From NCBI GenBank assembly GCA_964348755.1, contig CAYGDW010000008.1, positions 505 through 64,504 on the forward strand: a stretch of 64,000 nt of DNA. The letters are read 5' to 3'. Below, one piece after another: positions 30,681 through 38,892 of the stretch; position 1 is the first letter of the stretch; the number at the start of each line of letters is the position of its first letter. The stretch comes from an uncultured Bacteroidales bacterium (lineage in GTDB: Bacteria > Bacteroidota > Bacteroidia > Bacteroidales > UBA7960). A program made the position numbers and the translations under genes. The notes below the pieces were generated by a model, which had not been told where the DNA came from, did not search any database, and saw only the letters and a list, made by a program, of their open reading frames with translations.

Positions 30681-30735
30681 GTTCAAGGTTCAAAGTTCAA
30701 GACTGTGCGCGTTCTTCAGCGGATTCAAAGTTCAG
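30681..30735. repeat. Short tandem and dispersed direct repeats in the uxaE-uxaC intergenic spacer
   Basis: GTTCAAG, GTTCAAA and GTTCAAG occupy 30681-30701 as three tandem heptamers. The 11-mer TTCAAAGTTCA occurs at 30689-30699 and again at 30724-30734. Confidence 0.7.
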
Positions 30736-30737
30736 TT

Positions 30738-31985
30738 TCAGATATCAAAAAGGCGCTTTATGTGGCGGTCGAAAATGTTTTCTGTAACCTGCTGCCCAAC
30801 AATATCTTTATGCTTTTCGAGCAGGGTCAGGTAGGTTTCGCCCGCTTCGGCGGCCAGCTTGTATGCCACGTGCATCAGTTGCCTTAAGTGCAGATTGTAT
30901 TCCGGATGCCCGGGAATGTGCCGCAGGGCATTGGCCAGCTGAATGCCGGTCCAGGCATTTACCAACTCAGGAGTAGGCAATTTGGCCCTGTCAATGTCAA
31001 TAACGGTAGCATAAGGGCCTGCCAGCTCATCAAAGCGATTCAAAGCGCCCAGGTAAATGTTTTTTACCAGCTGAAGGGCTTCACCCCTGGCCATTGAAAG
31101 CCCGATGGCTTCTTCGAGCCAGGTGGTACCGGCGGTCTTTACGTGAATACCCTTATCGTATTTCCTGATTAAACGACCCATAATGGGGTATATGCTAAAC
31201 TTGTCGCTGCCGCTGTGCACGCTCAGTTTAAGATTTGCCGGAAGACCAAAGGTTTTTACTGCATAGTCAATTACAAGGAGATCCTGCTCAAACTCCTTTT
31301 CAAAAAGGTTCACATTACCCTCGTAATCAACCCCTTTGTTAAAGCGACCGGTAAACTTGGGCGCAATGGTTGCCACCGGAATTTTTTCTGAAGCAATGGC
31401 CGAGAGTATAAAGAAAAGCTCTACGGGCGACTGGGCATCCAATACTTCGTCCATCGAAACCTCGGTAACAAAAGCACCGTTTCTCTTATTCAATAATATA
31501 TACTGATAAATGGCCGAAGCCTGTTTTACGGCAAACAGAAACTTTTGGCCAATGGCTTTCAGCATTTCGGGGGTAATTTCAAAGCTTTCTTCAATGCCAG
31601 GAATATAAAGGTTGCCCAGAAACTTCTCGTTTCCAAGTAAAAATGCTTTCATATCATCAGAGCTGGCATTCTTGCCAATATATTCAGCCACATCGATGGT
31701 AAAAAAATTGCAGTGCTCAATAAAGCCATCTACATTCGAAAGATTAATATGGTCGGCATCTAGAAAATAAGGTTTGTTCCAGCCGAGGTTTAACACGGCC
31801 CGATCAGCGGCCTGCCTGGCCGATTGTGGTTTTGATTTTATGGTAAGATGTTCGCGGTTCGATTTATTCCAAACCGGGCAAATTTCAATGCCTTTATTTG
31901 CGGCCATAATCATGGCCAATAGCTGTGCTTCGCCTTGCATGGCAAAGCGGTCCCCTGTTCCAAAAGAATACTTCCCTAATTCCAT
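30738..31985 (-). CDS. uxaE: Tagaturonate/fructuronate epimerase-like protein (UxaE family), about 415 aa
   Basis: I chose the start at ATG 31985 (MELGKYSFGTGDRFAMQGEAQL...). The track ORF extends to 32189 across the divergent promoter. I recognise the N-terminal motif and size as the UxaE family described in Thermotoga. It sits immediately upstream of uxaC. The assignment is from memory of the family, not from a search. Confidence 0.6.
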   Translation of the reverse strand: MELGKYSFGTGDRFAMQGEAQLLAMIMAANKGIEICPVWNKSNREHLTIKSKPQSARQAADRAVLNLGWNKPYFLDADHINLSNVDGFIEHCNFFTIDVAEYIGKNASSDDMKAFLLGNEKFLGNLYIPGIEESFEITPEMLKAIGQKFLFAVKQASAIYQYILLNKRNGAFVTEVSMDEVLDAQSPVELFFILSAIASEKIPVATIAPKFTGRFNKGVDYEGNVNLFEKEFEQDLLVIDYAVKTFGLPANLKLSVHSGSDKFSIYPIMGRLIRKYDKGIHVKTAGTTWLEEAIGLSMARGEALQLVKNIYLGALNRFDELAGPYATVIDIDRAKLPTPELVNAWTGIQLANALRHIPGHPEYNLHLRQLMHVAYKLAAEAGETYLTLLEKHKDIVGQQVTENIFDRHIKRLFDI

Positions 31986-32017
31986 TATATCGAGATTTTT
32001 AAATAACAAAAAATTTC

Positions 32018-32031
32018 CGTGTGCGCACACG
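32018..32031. promoter_or_regulatory. Perfect 14-bp palindrome, candidate LacI-family operator
   Basis: CGTGTGCGCACACG has a central CG and AT-rich flanks (AATTTC...AAATT). It lies between the divergent uxaE-like start (31985) and the LacI start (32101). Confidence 0.55.
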
Positions 32032-32100
32032 AAATTAGAAAAAATTTTCTTTACTTTGCAAAAACAACTGAAAAAAATCAGGATTTCAACCAAAGCGGGT

Positions 32101-33189
32101 ATGGCCGAAAAGCTTTTGAAGGTACGCATTGCCGACATTGCAGCGCGGGCGCAGGTTTCGCCCGGTACGGTTGACAGGGTTATCCACAACCGGGGCGAGG
32201 TGGCTGTAAAAACCCGCGAAAAAATTCTGAAGATAATACAAGAGCTTAATTATGAGCCTGACATTCTGGCCAGCACCCTTGCTTCGAAAAAGACTTTCAG
32301 TTTTGCGTCATTGATTCCCGAAGCAGGTGCAGGCAGCCAGTTTTGGGCCTTGCCAGCTGCAGGGCTTGAGAAAGCAATAAATCAGGTAAAACATTTTGGG
32401 GTTTTTCACAAGACCTTTAATTTTCAGTATTTCGACCGCAATTCCTTTGTCAGGGCGGCCAAAGAATTGCTTCAAACAAAACCGGACGGAGTAATATTTG
32501 CACCGGTTTTTTCTGACCTTGCCGGGCATTTTGTTTCCCAATGCCACGAATGGAATATTCCGGTGGTGCTTATCAACTCCAACATTTTAAACGCCAGCAA
32601 ACTCTCTTTTGTGGGCCAGGATTCTTTCAGAAGTGGCATGGTTGCTGCCCGCCTGCTCCATTATGGCTTGCCCCAGGGGGCAAAGTTCATGGTGGTAAAC
32701 TTCATGACCGAAATGGGCACCAATATGCACCTGATGAGCCGCGAAGAAGGTTTCAGAAACTACTTCGCTTATTTCCCCGAAAGGGAAAAATACTTGCAAT
32801 CCTTGAACATTGTGGGCAACGACACTAAAAATATACACGACAACTTGCGCAAAGCTTTGACAACCAAAAACAGTGAGCCTGCAGTAAAAGGTGTATTTGT
32901 AACCAATTCGAGGGTGTATCAGGTGGCAGGTTTTTTAAAAATGAATGGTATAAACAACGTCAGGTTGATTGGTTATGACCTTTTAGACGAAAATGCAGAC
33001 CACCTTCAGAACAACATTATAGATTTTCTGATCAGCCAAAAGCCTTTTGAGCAAGGTTTCAGAAGCTTCATGACGCTTTTTGATGCGTTGGTGCTGAAAA
33101 AAAACGTGCCCGAATACCAGTACCTGCCCATCGACATTATTTCGCGCGAAAACATTGATTATTATATTAACAACCAGACCTATGATTAG
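32101..33189 (+). CDS. LacI-family transcriptional regulator (hexuronate locus)
   Basis: I start at ATG 32101: MAEKLLKVRIADIAARAQVSPGTVDRVIHNRGEV is a LacI HTH, followed by a periplasmic-binding-protein-like sugar-binding fold. The track ORF upstream extension (31774-32100) is antisense to the uxaE-like gene. Confidence 0.9.
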   Translation: MAEKLLKVRIADIAARAQVSPGTVDRVIHNRGEVAVKTREKILKIIQELNYEPDILASTLASKKTFSFASLIPEAGAGSQFWALPAAGLEKAINQVKHFGVFHKTFNFQYFDRNSFVRAAKELLQTKPDGVIFAPVFSDLAGHFVSQCHEWNIPVVLINSNILNASKLSFVGQDSFRSGMVAARLLHYGLPQGAKFMVVNFMTEMGTNMHLMSREEGFRNYFAYFPEREKYLQSLNIVGNDTKNIHDNLRKALTTKNSEPAVKGVFVTNSRVYQVAGFLKMNGINNVRLIGYDLLDENADHLQNNIIDFLISQKPFEQGFRSFMTLFDALVLKKNVPEYQYLPIDIISRENIDYYINNQTYD

Positions 33190-34033
33190 AGCCAACTTTG
33201 ATTCATTGCATGGGAAAAATTGCGTAATGACTGGAGGCACGGGGGTGCTGGGTCTAAGCATTTGCGAATGTTTGGCCGGTGCCGGCATAAACCTGGCCAT
33301 TTTGGGCCTCGATGAGGAAGAAGCACAAATGCAGGCTTTTGGCCTAACAAATAAATATGGCATAAAAGCAATTGGCATTGGTTGCGACGTGCTCGACCGC
33401 CAGGAAATTGAAAAAACCAACCTACGAATACTGGCCTGCTTGGGCAGTATCGATTTTTTGATAAACGGGGCCGGGGGCAACTCGCCCAAAGCCACCACCA
33501 AACTTGAACAGATCATTCCCGGTAAAGATTTCTCGTGGGACGATACTTTTTTTGGCCTGGCCGAAGAAGGGTTTAAGCAGGTATTCGACCTGAATTTCCA
33601 GGGCACCCTGCTGCCAACCATGGTATTTGCGCGAGGCATGGTAGAACGCGGACATGGGGTGGTGTTAAATATTTCATCAATGAATGCCTTTAAGCCGCTG
33701 ACTAAAATTCCGGCCTATTCCGCGGCCAAATCGGCCATTAACAATTTTACCGAATGGCTGGCAGTGCACCTGGGAAAAACCGGAGTGCGGGTAAACGCAA
33801 TTGCTCCCGGCTTTTTCCTTACCAATCAGAACCGATTCCTGCTTACCAACGAGAAAACCGGCGAGCTGACCCCACGCGGGCAGCGCATAATCAGCAGCAC
33901 TCCAATGGGCAAATTTGGCGAACCCAATGATATGGGCGGGACAGTGCTTTTCCTGCTGTCAGACCTGTCAGCGTTCATTACCGGCATTGTTATTCCGGTT
34001 GATGGCGGATACAGCGCTTTTGGAGGTGTGTAA
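33182..34033 (+). CDS. uxuB: SDR-family oxidoreductase, probable D-mannonate oxidoreductase / fructuronate reductase
   Basis: Contains GKNCVMTGGTGVLG (Rossmann motif), NGAGGNSP.AT and YSAAK (the catalytic YxxxK). The ATG at 33182 overlaps the LacI stop (ATGATTAG). It lies next to uxuA. The substrate is inferred from context and from the SDR-type UxuB of Bacillus and Bacteroides. Confidence 0.7.
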   Translation: MIRANFDSLHGKNCVMTGGTGVLGLSICECLAGAGINLAILGLDEEEAQMQAFGLTNKYGIKAIGIGCDVLDRQEIEKTNLRILACLGSIDFLINGAGGNSPKATTKLEQIIPGKDFSWDDTFFGLAEEGFKQVFDLNFQGTLLPTMVFARGMVERGHGVVLNISSMNAFKPLTKIPAYSAAKSAINNFTEWLAVHLGKTGVRVNAIAPGFFLTNQNRFLLTNEKTGELTPRGQRIISSTPMGKFGEPNDMGGTVLFLLSDLSAFITGIVIPVDGGYSAFGGV

Positions 34034-34077
34034 TCAAAAAAAGAAATTTTCTAACTGAAACAAATACGACTTACTAA

Positions 34078-35298
34078 ATGAAAATGATTGAAACCTGGAG
34101 ATGGTATGGCCCCGGCGACCCTGTTTCACTTTGGGATATTCGTCAGGCCGGGGCTACCGGTATTGTTACAGCTCTCCACGAAATACCCATAGGCGAAGTT
34201 TGGCCGCTCGCAATGCTGATAGAAAGAAAACGCATTATAGAATGGGACGACTCCACTCACCAGCCAAGGGCTACAGGCCTGGAATGGCTGGTGGTAGAAA
34301 GTGTGCCCCTTCACGAGAGCATAAAGCTTGGCAAGCCCGAACGCAACCTGTATATTGAAAACTATAAGCATACCCTTCGAAACCTGGGCGCCATTGGCAT
34401 CAAAACCGTGGTTTACAACTTTATGCCTGTGGTTGACTGGACCCGCACCAACCTCGATATGGAGCTTGAAGACAGAGCCAAGGCCCTTTCGTTCGATATG
34501 GAGGAGTTTGTGGCCTTTGATGTGTTTATTCTGAACAGGAAAAATGCCTCTATGGACTACCCGCAGGAACTTGTTGAGCGCGCTTTCACCAAATATAAAT
34601 CCCTGAGCCATGCTCAGCGGAAGACTTTGCAGCAAAACATTATTGCCGGATTGCCCGGCGCCCAGGAAGGATATTCGCTGGAAGCCTTCAAAAAAAAACT
34701 TGCCGATTACCAAGCCATGACCAACGAGAGTTATTTCGAAAACCTTAAATACTTTCTTCAGCAAGTGATTCCGGTTGCCGAAGACAATGGCATTAAGATG
34801 GCGATCCACCCCGATGATCCGCCAGGATCGTTGTTTGGGCTGCCCCGCATTGCAGGCACTTTCAGCGACTTTGTAAAAATTCTCAGCACAGTTGACTCTC
34901 CCTCAAACGGATTTACACTATGCACCGGATCCCTGGGCGTAAGTGCCAGCAATAACCTGGTTGAGTTTGTGGAAAAACTCGGACACCGCATTTTCTTTGC
35001 CCACCTTCGCAGCGTGCAACGCCTGGCCCATGGCAGCTTTTACGAAGCAGGCCACCTCAGAGGAAATGTTGATATGTATGGGGTGGTAAACGCAATTCTG
35101 AAAGAACAGCACCGACGCAACGCACTGCACCAACACGATTGCCGGATACCCATGCGGGCCGACCACGGACACGTGATACTCGACGACCAGAAAAAAATTA
35201 CAAACCCCGGATATTCGGCCATTGGACTGCTGAAAGGAATGGCTGAGCTGCGCGGACTGGAGCTTGGAATACTCAAAAGCCAGCTGCAAACCATTTAA
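34078..35298 (+). CDS. uxuA: Mannonate dehydratase
   Basis: MKMIETWRWYGPGDPVSLWDIRQAGATGIVTALHEIP, NFMPVVDWTRT, AIHPDDPP and RADHGH are near-colinear with E. coli UxuA. Confidence 0.96.
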   Translation: MKMIETWRWYGPGDPVSLWDIRQAGATGIVTALHEIPIGEVWPLAMLIERKRIIEWDDSTHQPRATGLEWLVVESVPLHESIKLGKPERNLYIENYKHTLRNLGAIGIKTVVYNFMPVVDWTRTNLDMELEDRAKALSFDMEEFVAFDVFILNRKNASMDYPQELVERAFTKYKSLSHAQRKTLQQNIIAGLPGAQEGYSLEAFKKKLADYQAMTNESYFENLKYFLQQVIPVAEDNGIKMAIHPDDPPGSLFGLPRIAGTFSDFVKILSTVDSPSNGFTLCTGSLGVSASNNLVEFVEKLGHRIFFAHLRSVQRLAHGSFYEAGHLRGNVDMYGVVNAILKEQHRRNALHQHDCRIPMRADHGHVILDDQKKITNPGYSAIGLLKGMAELRGLELGILKSQLQTI

Positions 35299-35334
35299 AA
35301 TGAATTCCCCGAAAGGGGTAAAAAACTAAAGAAG

Positions 35335-36372
35335 ATGGATAAAAAAGTTGTTGTTTTCGGCGAAATAATGCTTCGCCTGGCCACCCCCGATTATTTGCGC
35401 TTTAGCCAGACTAACAGCCTCAATGCCACTTTTGGGGGCGGCGAAGCCAACGTGGCCGTGTCGCTGGCAAATTACGGAATTCCGGTTGAATTTGTGAGCC
35501 GCATGCCACAGAATGACATTGCAACGGCCTGCCTTATGGACCTTAAACGCTATGGCGTTGGGGTAAACCATGTATTTTTTGGAGGAAGTCGCCTGGGTAT
35601 TTATTTCCTGGAAACAGGGGCCGTGAGCCGCGGCAGCAAGGTGATTTATGACAGGGAGCACTCGGCTGTTTCAGAAATAAAAAAGGGAATGATAGACTGG
35701 GACGTGGTCCTTGAAGGCGCCAACTGGTTTCACTGGACCGGCATCACACCGGCCATTTCTCAGGGCGCGGCCGATGTGTGCCTCCAAGCCATTGAAACGG
35801 CAAACCGCAGGGGAATTACTGTTTCGTGCGACCTTAACTACCGAAAAAACCTTTGGAAGTACGGCAAAACAGCAGGTGAAGTTATGCCGCAATTGGTGGC
35901 CGGAACCGACATTGTGCTGGGCAATGAAGAAGATGCTGCAATGGTTCTTGGCATTCACCCCCAAGGGGTTAATGTTACCAAAGGCCATGTAGAAGCAGCC
36001 GCCTACGAATCGGTTTCTAAGCAAATCATGGAGGCATTTACGCGCTGCAAAATGGTAATAACCACCCTGCGAGGCTCTGTAAACGCCAACCACAATACCT
36101 GGGCCGGCGTGCTTTGGGACGGACAAAAACTGCACGAGTCGAGCCAGTACCAGATTACACACATTGTTGACCGCGTGGGCGGCGGCGATTCATTTATGGG
36201 CGGACTTATTTACGGACTGATGACCTATGGAAGCGACCACCAAAGAGCACTTGATTTTGCCGTAGCCGCATCGTGTTTGAAACATACCATTTATGGCGAC
36301 TTTAACCTTGTAAGTGTTGATGAAGTGGAAAAACTTATGGGAGGCGATGCCTCAGGAAGGGTTTCGCGCTAA
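35335..36372 (+). CDS. kdgK: 2-dehydro-3-deoxygluconokinase (PfkB family)
   Basis: Contains VVVFGEIMLRL, GGGEANVAVSLANYG and DRVGGGDSFMGGLIYG (the PfkB anion-hole/ATP motif). It follows uxuA. Confidence 0.85.
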   Translation: MDKKVVVFGEIMLRLATPDYLRFSQTNSLNATFGGGEANVAVSLANYGIPVEFVSRMPQNDIATACLMDLKRYGVGVNHVFFGGSRLGIYFLETGAVSRGSKVIYDREHSAVSEIKKGMIDWDVVLEGANWFHWTGITPAISQGAADVCLQAIETANRRGITVSCDLNYRKNLWKYGKTAGEVMPQLVAGTDIVLGNEEDAAMVLGIHPQGVNVTKGHVEAAAYESVSKQIMEAFTRCKMVITTLRGSVNANHNTWAGVLWDGQKLHESSQYQITHIVDRVGGGDSFMGGLIYGLMTYGSDHQRALDFAVAASCLKHTIYGDFNLVSVDEVEKLMGGDASGRVSR

Positions 36373-36430
36373 AAAAAATGCCTTTGGGGCCGGCTCAAAG
36401 CACTACATTAAATTTTAAATACGAACCGAT

Positions 36431-37504
36431 ATGAAACTCAGAGAAAACAGCAAGTATGCTTTGCTGGTTCCCACCAGCATGGGGGTGCGCATTACCCCGA
36501 TCAACGGGCAACCCGTGCATTCGGGCGAATACTTCAGGATGCAGGCCACCAGCGCCGAAACCAATGTGGCCAGCGTATCGTCGTACCTGGGGCTTCCGGT
36601 AAAGGTGCTTACCACATTTGTAAAAGACAGCCCCATTGCGCAGTTCATAAAGACCAACCTTCGTGCCCGCAACATGGATTTCGAAGGCCCGGAATTGCCT
36701 CAGGGCGGCCCCTGGGGATACCGCCACCAGTTTAATATTGCAGACAGTGGTTTTGGCTCACGCGGGCCTCGGGTGCACAACGATCGTGCCGGCGAAGTTG
36801 GGCGTACCCTCAACCTGAAAGATTTTGACCTCAATAGGATTTTTGAAAATGAAGGCGTGCAAATTATGCACCTGTCGGGTCTCATTGCTGCCCTTTCGCC
36901 CGAAACAAGCCAGTTTTGCCTGGAGTTGGCACGTGCCGCAAAAAAACATAGAACCAGTATCTCATTCGACCTGAACTACCGCGCCACCTTCTGGAAAGGA
37001 CGCGAGCAGGAACTGCGCGAAACATTCACCCAGATTGCTTCCGTATGCGACATTCTAATTGGCAACGAAGAAGACTTTCAACTCTGCCTGGGCATAAAAG
37101 GCCCGGAAACCGGAGGCAAGGACATTGAAGCACAGATTGATGCCTTCAAAAAAATGATTGCAGGGGTTAAGCAGGCCTTTCCCAACGCCAGCGTGTTTAC
37201 CACCACCCTTCGCGAAGTGATAAGCGTGAACGAACACCTCTGGGGTGCCGTGATGCTGGCAGGCCAGCACTGGGAAATCATTAAACCACGGCCCATACCG
37301 GTACTCGACCGAATTGGCGGCGGCGATGGTTTTGTTGGTGGAATGCTCTATGCAATACTTAAAGGCTGGGAGCCCAAAAAGTGGGCGCAGTTTGGATGGG
37401 CATCAGGCGCACTGGCAACAACTTTCGAAACCGACTATAGCCAGCCGGCCGACGAAGACATGATTTGGAGCATTTGGCACGGCAACGCTAGAGTAAAACG
37501 CTAA
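36431..37504 (+). CDS. PfkB-family sugar-acid kinase, divergent KdgK paralogue with unknown substrate
   Basis: Contains SAETNVASVSSYLG, ISFDLNYRATFW and DRIGGGDGFVGGMLYA. It has the same fold as the preceding kdgK but is clearly diverged. Confidence 0.7.
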   Translation: MKLRENSKYALLVPTSMGVRITPINGQPVHSGEYFRMQATSAETNVASVSSYLGLPVKVLTTFVKDSPIAQFIKTNLRARNMDFEGPELPQGGPWGYRHQFNIADSGFGSRGPRVHNDRAGEVGRTLNLKDFDLNRIFENEGVQIMHLSGLIAALSPETSQFCLELARAAKKHRTSISFDLNYRATFWKGREQELRETFTQIASVCDILIGNEEDFQLCLGIKGPETGGKDIEAQIDAFKKMIAGVKQAFPNASVFTTTLREVISVNEHLWGAVMLAGQHWEIIKPRPIPVLDRIGGGDGFVGGMLYAILKGWEPKKWAQFGWASGALATTFETDYSQPADEDMIWSIWHGNARVKR

Positions 37505-37540
37505 AAAATGCACAAGGGCATTCATTAAAACAAACCAGCT

Positions 37541-38815
37541 ATGATCTATTACGCGCAAGGATCTGAAACAAAAAGTTTTTCAAAAGAAGCGCTTAAAAAA
37601 GCCCTTTCTGAAACCCTTGGCAAGCTGGGGCCTCGCAACAAGGTGCTGGCCATTCCGCCCGATTTTACCCGCTTTCACTCGCAGGCAGGCCTGCTAACCG
37701 AGCTGGCCTGGGAATATTACGGCGATGCACTTACTGATATCCTTCCGGCTTTGGGCACGCACGCTCCAATGTCGGCCGGTGAAATCGCGAAAATGTTTGG
37801 GAAAACGCCGCCATCCCTTTTCAGGGAACATAAATGGCGTACCGACATTGTAACCCTTGGCGAAGTACCAGCCGAATTTGTGAAGGAAGTCTCAGAAGGC
37901 CGGGTTGACTACCCTTGGCCTGCCCAGTTAAATAAAATGCTGGTTCAGGGCGGCTACGACCTCATATTATCTCTGGGGCAGGTAGTACCCCACGAAGTAA
38001 TTGGCATGGCCAACTACAACAAAAACATTTTTGTGGGCACGGGCGGGGTTGAGGGCATAAACAAAAGCCACTTCCTGGGCGCTGCCTACGGAATGGAGCG
38101 AATTATGGGCAGGGCCATCAACCCGGTTAGAAAAGTGCTCAATTACGCCTCCGACAATTTTGCAAAAGACCTCCCCATAATATATGTGCACACCGTGGTA
38201 AGCAAATGCGATGATGGCCAATTAAAGGTACGCGGCCTTTTTATCAGCGACGATGGCCAGGGCTTCGAACTGGCAGCAGCGCTTTCTCTCAAAGTCAACT
38301 TTGCACTGGTTGAACAACCTTTAAAAAAAGTAGTGGTTTTTCTCGATCCCGAAGAGTTTAAGAGCACCTGGCTGGGAAACAAGAGCATTTACCGCACCCG
38401 CATGGCTATAGCCGATGGCGGCGAACTCATTGTGCTGGCGCCTGGCCTTAAGGAGTTTGGCGAAGACCAGCAAATCGACATACTCATTCGAAAGTACGGC
38501 TACCGTACCACGCCCGAGGTGCTTCAGTTTACGCGCGAAAACCAAGACCTGCGCAACAACCTGAGCGCCGCGGCGCACCTTATACACGGATCGTCAGAAA
38601 ACCGCTTCAGAATAACATATTGCCCGGGCAACCTTACCCGCGAAGAGATTGAATCGGTAAACTTCGGTTATGCCGAACTGGGCCAAATGCTCAAAAGGTA
38701 CGACCCTGCAAAGCTGAAGGATGGAATAAACATTATGCCCGATGGCGAAGAAGTGTTTTTCATTTCAAACCCCGCGCTGGGCCTCTGGGCCAGCCGCAAC
38801 AGGTTCGATGGGTAA
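37541..38815 (+). CDS. LarA-like (DUF2088, nickel-pincer racemase/epimerase superfamily) protein, possible hydroxy-acid epimerase
   Basis: 424 aa. PPDFTRFH (aa 39-46), LGTHAPMS (71-78), PHEVIGMANYNK (150-161) and INKSH (172-176) resemble the LarA core motifs. This is recognised from memory and was not searched. Confidence 0.55.
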   Translation: MIYYAQGSETKSFSKEALKKALSETLGKLGPRNKVLAIPPDFTRFHSQAGLLTELAWEYYGDALTDILPALGTHAPMSAGEIAKMFGKTPPSLFREHKWRTDIVTLGEVPAEFVKEVSEGRVDYPWPAQLNKMLVQGGYDLILSLGQVVPHEVIGMANYNKNIFVGTGGVEGINKSHFLGAAYGMERIMGRAINPVRKVLNYASDNFAKDLPIIYVHTVVSKCDDGQLKVRGLFISDDGQGFELAAALSLKVNFALVEQPLKKVVVFLDPEEFKSTWLGNKSIYRTRMAIADGGELIVLAPGLKEFGEDQQIDILIRKYGYRTTPEVLQFTRENQDLRNNLSAAAHLIHGSSENRFRITYCPGNLTREEIESVNFGYAELGQMLKRYDPAKLKDGINIMPDGEEVFFISNPALGLWASRNRFDG

Positions 38816-38892
38816 TTTGTTATACACCTTTCGGGGAAAGCTACGCATTGAATTAAACGTAAAACTTACCATTACCAAAACTTGTTTCGACT

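Noticed and set aside
30661-32189. N-terminal extensions in the ORF track: uxaC to 30693, the uxaE-like gene to 32189 and LacI from 31774
   Set aside because: The extensions start at non-ATG codons or run across the divergent promoter and overlap each other. Internal ATGs at 30660, 31985 and 32101 give N-termini matching the families (MKEFMNDNF..., MELGKYSFG..., and the LacI HTH).
32983-34809. Minus-strand ORFs of 218 aa (32983-33639) and 227 aa (34126-34809)
   Set aside because: They are antisense to the LacI/SDR genes and to uxuA. uxuA is near-colinear with E. coli UxuA, so the sense assignments are secure.
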